Assembly: GCA_001804865.1 (NCBI GenBank)
Contig: MHBK01000019.1
Location: 40,617 to 104,616 of the forward strand
Direction of reading: 5' to 3'
Length of the DNA stretch: 64,000 nucleotides
Origin: Lentisphaerae bacterium GWF2_57_35
GTDB lineage: Bacteria > Verrucomicrobiota > Kiritimatiellia > CAIQIC01 > GWF2-57-35
The notes below the pieces were generated by a model, which made no database searches, had not been told where the DNA came from, and worked only from the letters and a program-made list of their open reading frames with translations. The first letter of the stretch is position 1. Each line of letters starts with the position of its first letter. Positions 60,152 to 64,000 of the stretch are shown here, piece after piece. The translations under genes were made by a program, and so were the position numbers.

Positions 60152-62542
60152 TTAGGCCGGGTTCAGGATTACATCGACTTTTACTTGGCGGCCTTTCGGG
60201 GCCGGGGGGATGACGTTGCCGGTTACGGGTTGTCCATCGACCAGGAGCTGCACGGTGCGGGGCTTCGAACCGGCGCGATTGATCACGCTGATTTCGTAGG
60301 CGGCGCCGCGGTAGTGCCGGACCATGCTGAAGTTCTTCCAGGCGCCGGGAATGGAGGGCTGGATCAGCAGGCCGTCGTGCGTGGGCCGCACGCCCAGCAG
60401 GTAGTCGGTGAGCGCCCGATACATCCAGGCGGCGGAACCGGAATACCAGGTCCACCCACCCCGTCCAAAGTTCGAGGACTCGGGGCCATCGACGTTGCCG
60501 GGGGTGACGTAAGGCTCGGCGCGGTAGTCGTCTGGCTTCTTGCCGCGTTGGATGGGGTTGAAGCTGTTGAAGACCTCGAACGTACGATCAGGCGTGCCGG
60601 CCAGCGCTTCGGCGATGATGGCCCAGCAGCCGGCATGGGTGTAGAGTCCGCCGTTTTCGCGCAGGCCGGGGGCGTACTGCGTGATGTGGCCGATCGAGGG
60701 ATCGGGTTCGCTGAAGGCCGGCGTGAACAGCAAGGGGCCGTATTCTCGATAAAGATACTTCGACAACGATTTCAGGATCTTCTCGCGCCGTTCTTCCGAC
60801 GGTATGCCGTACATCAAGGCCCAGGTTTGCGCGTTGAGCCAGATCTTGCCGATCTTGTTCTTGTGCGAGCCAAGCTTGCCGTTGACGTAGGTGGCGCGGA
60901 TGTACCAGTCGCCGTCCCAGGCATATTTGTTGATGGCGTCCTTGATCTTCGCGGCCGCTTTTTCGTAGCGGGCGATCGCAGCCTTGGCGCCGGGAGCGTT
61001 GAGCTTTCGCAGCAGTTCGCACCATTCGACGAGGATGCCGTAGTAGAACTCGCCCAGCCAGATGGACTCGGACGTGCCGTCAAAGCCGATGCAGGAGAGG
61101 CCGTCGTTCCAATCGCCTTCCACCATCGTGGGGATGCCGCGCGGACAGGGCCGGCCCAGCACCTGTTCGATGGCGGCGACGCAATGTCCTTCGATGGTGG
61201 TCTCGCCCTTGTCGAAGAACGGGACTGTCTCTTTCAGGAAGGCGTAATCGCCGGTGGCCTTGAGATACTGCATGGTCACGAAGGGCAGCCACAGAAGATC
61301 GTCGCTGTTCTTCTTTTTCATGCCGTCCTCGGTGATCGGGTGCCACCAATGGAAGGTCGTGCCGTCGGCAAACTGATGGCGCGCGGCGCGGGCGATATGC
61401 TCGCGGCAGATACCCGGCTGGAGCGGCAGCGTGGCCAGGCTGTCCTGCAATTGATCGCGGTAGCCGTAGGCGCCGCCGGTCTGGTAATAGGCCGTCCGGC
61501 CCCACATACGGCAGGAGATGGCTTGATACGGGAGCCACTGGTTGACCAGCAGATTGACCGATTCGTCCGGGGTCTTGACCGTCAGCTCTCCGACGCGTTT
61601 CTGCCAGTCGGCCTGGACCTTCTTCAATTCGGCGGCCGCTTCGCCTTTGCGGGCATAGCGTCCTAGAATCCGCACGGCTTCGGCTTTCGTCGGCGTGGCG
61701 CCCAGGAGGAAGACGACCTCTTTTACTTCGCCGGGTTTCAGGGAGATGCGCGTTTGCAGCGAGCTGATGCCATCGGTGCAGCGGCCTTGCAGGCGTCCGA
61801 GCTTGCCTTCACGGACAGCCTTGGGGGCCGCCAATTCGCCGAGCTGGCCGAGGAAGGCGGATTGATCGCTCTCGAACGAAATCGCCTTGGGCAGCGTGGC
61901 ATGGAAGCCGAAGAAGGGATACGGCCGCGACCAGGGGCGACCGCTGGGATCGGGAAGCGCCCAGCGCGTCTTGCGGGCAAAAAGGGCTCCGCGCGCGGCA
62001 TCGAAGGACGTCTCGATAAAGATCTTGTCGAATTCGCGATGGGAATCCGGGGCAACGCCGAGGCACCATTCCAGATAGGTGAAGGTACTCAGCTTCCGGA
62101 CCTTGTCCGTCGTATTGGTCAGGCGCAGAATCCAGACTTCGACCGGATCTTTGTGGTCCACAAAAACGGTCATTTCGGAGCGAATGCCGTGGCTGGCGCC
62201 GGAAAGAATGGAATAGCCCATGCCGTGGCGGCATTCGTAATCGGACAGGGACGTTCCGGCCGGTTTGGGGGTCGGGGACCAAAACTCGCCGGTTTCCTCG
62301 TCGCGCACGTAAACGTATTTGCCCCAGTTGTCGCGGGTCAGATCCTGGTCCCACCGCGTCAGCCGGTTGAACTGGGCGTGGTCGCGCCACGTATATCCCG
62401 ACCCCGCCTGCGACAGCGTCGTACCGAAGTCCGGATTGGAAATGATGTTCACCCAGGGCCGCGGCGTATCGGCCCGCTTGATCACATACTCGCCCCGTTC
62501 CGCATCGAAATAGCCATATTTGTTTTCGAACAATTTACTCAT
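60152..62542 (-). CDS. GH94 glycoside phosphorylase
   Basis: TPRPWVN, YQTGGAYGYRDQLQD, GDWNDGL, ENGGLYTH, WTWYSGSA; AGGAG before ATG 62542. Confidence 0.92.
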   Translation of the reverse strand: MSKLFENKYGYFDAERGEYVIKRADTPRPWVNIISNPDFGTTLSQAGSGYTWRDHAQFNRLTRWDQDLTRDNWGKYVYVRDEETGEFWSPTPKPAGTSLSDYECRHGMGYSILSGASHGIRSEMTVFVDHKDPVEVWILRLTNTTDKVRKLSTFTYLEWCLGVAPDSHREFDKIFIETSFDAARGALFARKTRWALPDPSGRPWSRPYPFFGFHATLPKAISFESDQSAFLGQLGELAAPKAVREGKLGRLQGRCTDGISSLQTRISLKPGEVKEVVFLLGATPTKAEAVRILGRYARKGEAAAELKKVQADWQKRVGELTVKTPDESVNLLVNQWLPYQAISCRMWGRTAYYQTGGAYGYRDQLQDSLATLPLQPGICREHIARAARHQFADGTTFHWWHPITEDGMKKKNSDDLLWLPFVTMQYLKATGDYAFLKETVPFFDKGETTIEGHCVAAIEQVLGRPCPRGIPTMVEGDWNDGLSCIGFDGTSESIWLGEFYYGILVEWCELLRKLNAPGAKAAIARYEKAAAKIKDAINKYAWDGDWYIRATYVNGKLGSHKNKIGKIWLNAQTWALMYGIPSEERREKILKSLSKYLYREYGPLLFTPAFSEPDPSIGHITQYAPGLRENGGLYTHAGCWAIIAEALAGTPDRTFEVFNSFNPIQRGKKPDDYRAEPYVTPGNVDGPESSNFGRGGWTWYSGSAAWMYRALTDYLLGVRPTHDGLLIQPSIPGAWKNFSMVRHYRGAAYEISVINRAGSKPRTVQLLVDGQPVTGNVIPPAPKGRQVKVDVILNPA

Positions 62543-62620
62543 GAGGTCTCCTGTTTGCATATTCACTAAACCGACACATCTGATTCTTCGTAAGGGCCCG
62601 GGCGTCGACAAGCGACGCCC

Positions 62621-64000
62621 CTACCCAACTCCCAAAATCACTTCAATCGAATGAACGCTGTGATCGCGAAAGATCGGCAGCACGTCGCCCTTCAGAAGCT
62701 CCCCGTCCACCTTGATCTCGCGAACGCCGCGGCTAACGTGGTCGGGGTTGAGAATGCGAATATCGTAACGCGCGCCGCGGAAGCGCCGCGAAATGCGCGC
62801 TTCGGGCCAGGCAGCGGGAATGCACGGGTCGATCCGCAAGCCGTCGAAGGACGGCTGGACGCCGAGCATTTTCTGAATGACCGCGATGAAGAACCAGTCG
62901 GCGCTGCCGGTCAGCCAGGTAAAGGCGCCTTCGCCATAGCGCGGATTGCCCGGGCCGACGACGTATTCAGGGAACACGTAAGGTTCGGCTTTATAGATGT
63001 CGATGTCCTTGTCGGATGCGTTCGGGATGATCTGGCGCATAGTTTTGTAGGCCTCTTCCGCCCGGCCCAGCGAGTAGTCCATCATGATCTTGAACGCCCC
63101 GCCATGAATGAAAATGGCGGCATTCTCCTTCGTGCCGGGGGCAAAGGCCGTGATCCGGCCCAGGTCGGCGTTGTACTTGGTGTAAGGCGGCGCGAACAAA
63201 ACCGGTCCATAGGGCGTAGCCAGGGTGTGATCGATATGATGCAGCACCTTCGGCAGTTGCTCCGCATCGGGAATACCGGCGAGAATGGCCCAGGTTTGCG
63301 AATTCAGTTGGCAGTTGCCTTCGACGTTGACCGGGGAGCCGACGGGCTCGCCCTTGTCGTTGAACGCGTATACATAACGATCCCCTGCCCAAGCGTACTG
63401 GTTGATTAACGAGCGCATGGCGTCATAGCGCTGGCGGCATTCTTCAACGGTGGGCTGATCGCCCAACTGCTGCGCCAATTCCTCCAGCATTTTCAGCCCC
63501 AGACACAAGCCCATACCCAGCCAGACGCTTTCGCCCTTGCCGCCGATCCCCGTGCGGTCGAAGGCGTCGTTCCAATCCTGCGTGCCCATCAGCGGCAAGC
63601 CCCGCTCGCTCTTCGCGCGGTCCTGCAAGAACTGCATCGCCTTGCAAACATGCTGGTAAAGCGTGTCCGAACCGCCGTCATAGTAAGGAATGACTTTTTC
63701 GAGAATCTTGAAGTCGCCGGTTTCCTTGACGTAGGCGGAGACCAGCAAGGGCAGCCAGACCGGGAAATCGGCCGGCGCCTTGCCTTCGTTCGTACCGGTG
63801 ACATACGACCAGCCGGCCATGGGCTGGCCGGTGTTCCGCTGGTGCTTGGCAAGCAGGATCATGCGCTCGCGGGCATAGTCGGAATCCAGCGGCAGGAAAC
63901 CCCAGGCGTCCTGGGCCGTGTTGCGGAAGCCGAACTCGCCGTGCCCCTCGTGATAATACGTTGCCGAACGGCCCCAGTGATTGTTCATCGCCACCTGATA
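62621..64000 (-). CDS. GH94 glycoside phosphorylase (5' part outside window)
   Basis: GFRNTAQD, DWNDA, GESVW, KENAAIFIH, WLTGSA. Confidence 0.9.
   Translation of the reverse strand, partial: YQVAMNNHWGRSATYYHEGHGEFGFRNTAQDAWGFLPLDSDYARERMILLAKHQRNTGQPMAGWSYVTGTNEGKAPADFPVWLPLLVSAYVKETGDFKILEKVIPYYDGGSDTLYQHVCKAMQFLQDRAKSERGLPLMGTQDWNDAFDRTGIGGKGESVWLGMGLCLGLKMLEELAQQLGDQPTVEECRQRYDAMRSLINQYAWAGDRYVYAFNDKGEPVGSPVNVEGNCQLNSQTWAILAGIPDAEQLPKVLHHIDHTLATPYGPVLFAPPYTKYNADLGRITAFAPGTKENAAIFIHGGAFKIMMDYSLGRAEEAYKTMRQIIPNASDKDIDIYKAEPYVFPEYVVGPGNPRYGEGAFTWLTGSADWFFIAVIQKMLGVQPSFDGLRIDPCIPAAWPEARISRRFRGARYDIRILNPDHVSRGVREIKVDGELLKGDVLPIFRDHSVHSIEVILGVG

Overview
GC-rich bacterial DNA; the style of the secreted proteins suggests a PVC-superphylum organism such as Kiritimatiellia/Verrucomicrobiota (inference only). 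1-15.9 kb: unusual-sugar/surface-glycan cluster (two GT2, two NDP-sugar C-methyltransferases, WbuC-like cupin, AKR, Zn-ADH, SAM-MT, split transketolase, two SDR epimerase/dehydratases, SIS isomerase, nucleotidyltransferase-PfkB fusion, GT-C membrane glycosyltransferase). 16-38.5 kb: accessory genes (GH66-like, atypical GH10, GHL10, Wzm/Wzt, B12 radical SAM, GT9, two multi-domain secreted proteins, an internally deleted PLD-like remnant). 38.8-40.6 kb: Y1/HUH transposase bounded by inverted repeats plus a decayed second copy that truncates a neighbouring gene. 40.6-56.7 kb: secreted-protein locus centred on a 4096-aa subtilase with an N-terminal STN-like domain. 57-64 kb: repeat-rich intergenic DNA, OmpA, two GH94 phosphorylases. 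Most notable observations: a shared ~70-aa terminal domain and a strong Thr-Asn bias in exported proteins (candidate sorting/modification system), a ~217-nt rod-like hairpin, a 9-aa periodic Cys-x-Asp insert, and several REP-like and 6/7-mer repeat families. No CRISPR array, rRNA or tRNA recognised. All calls are by eye; no database searches were run.
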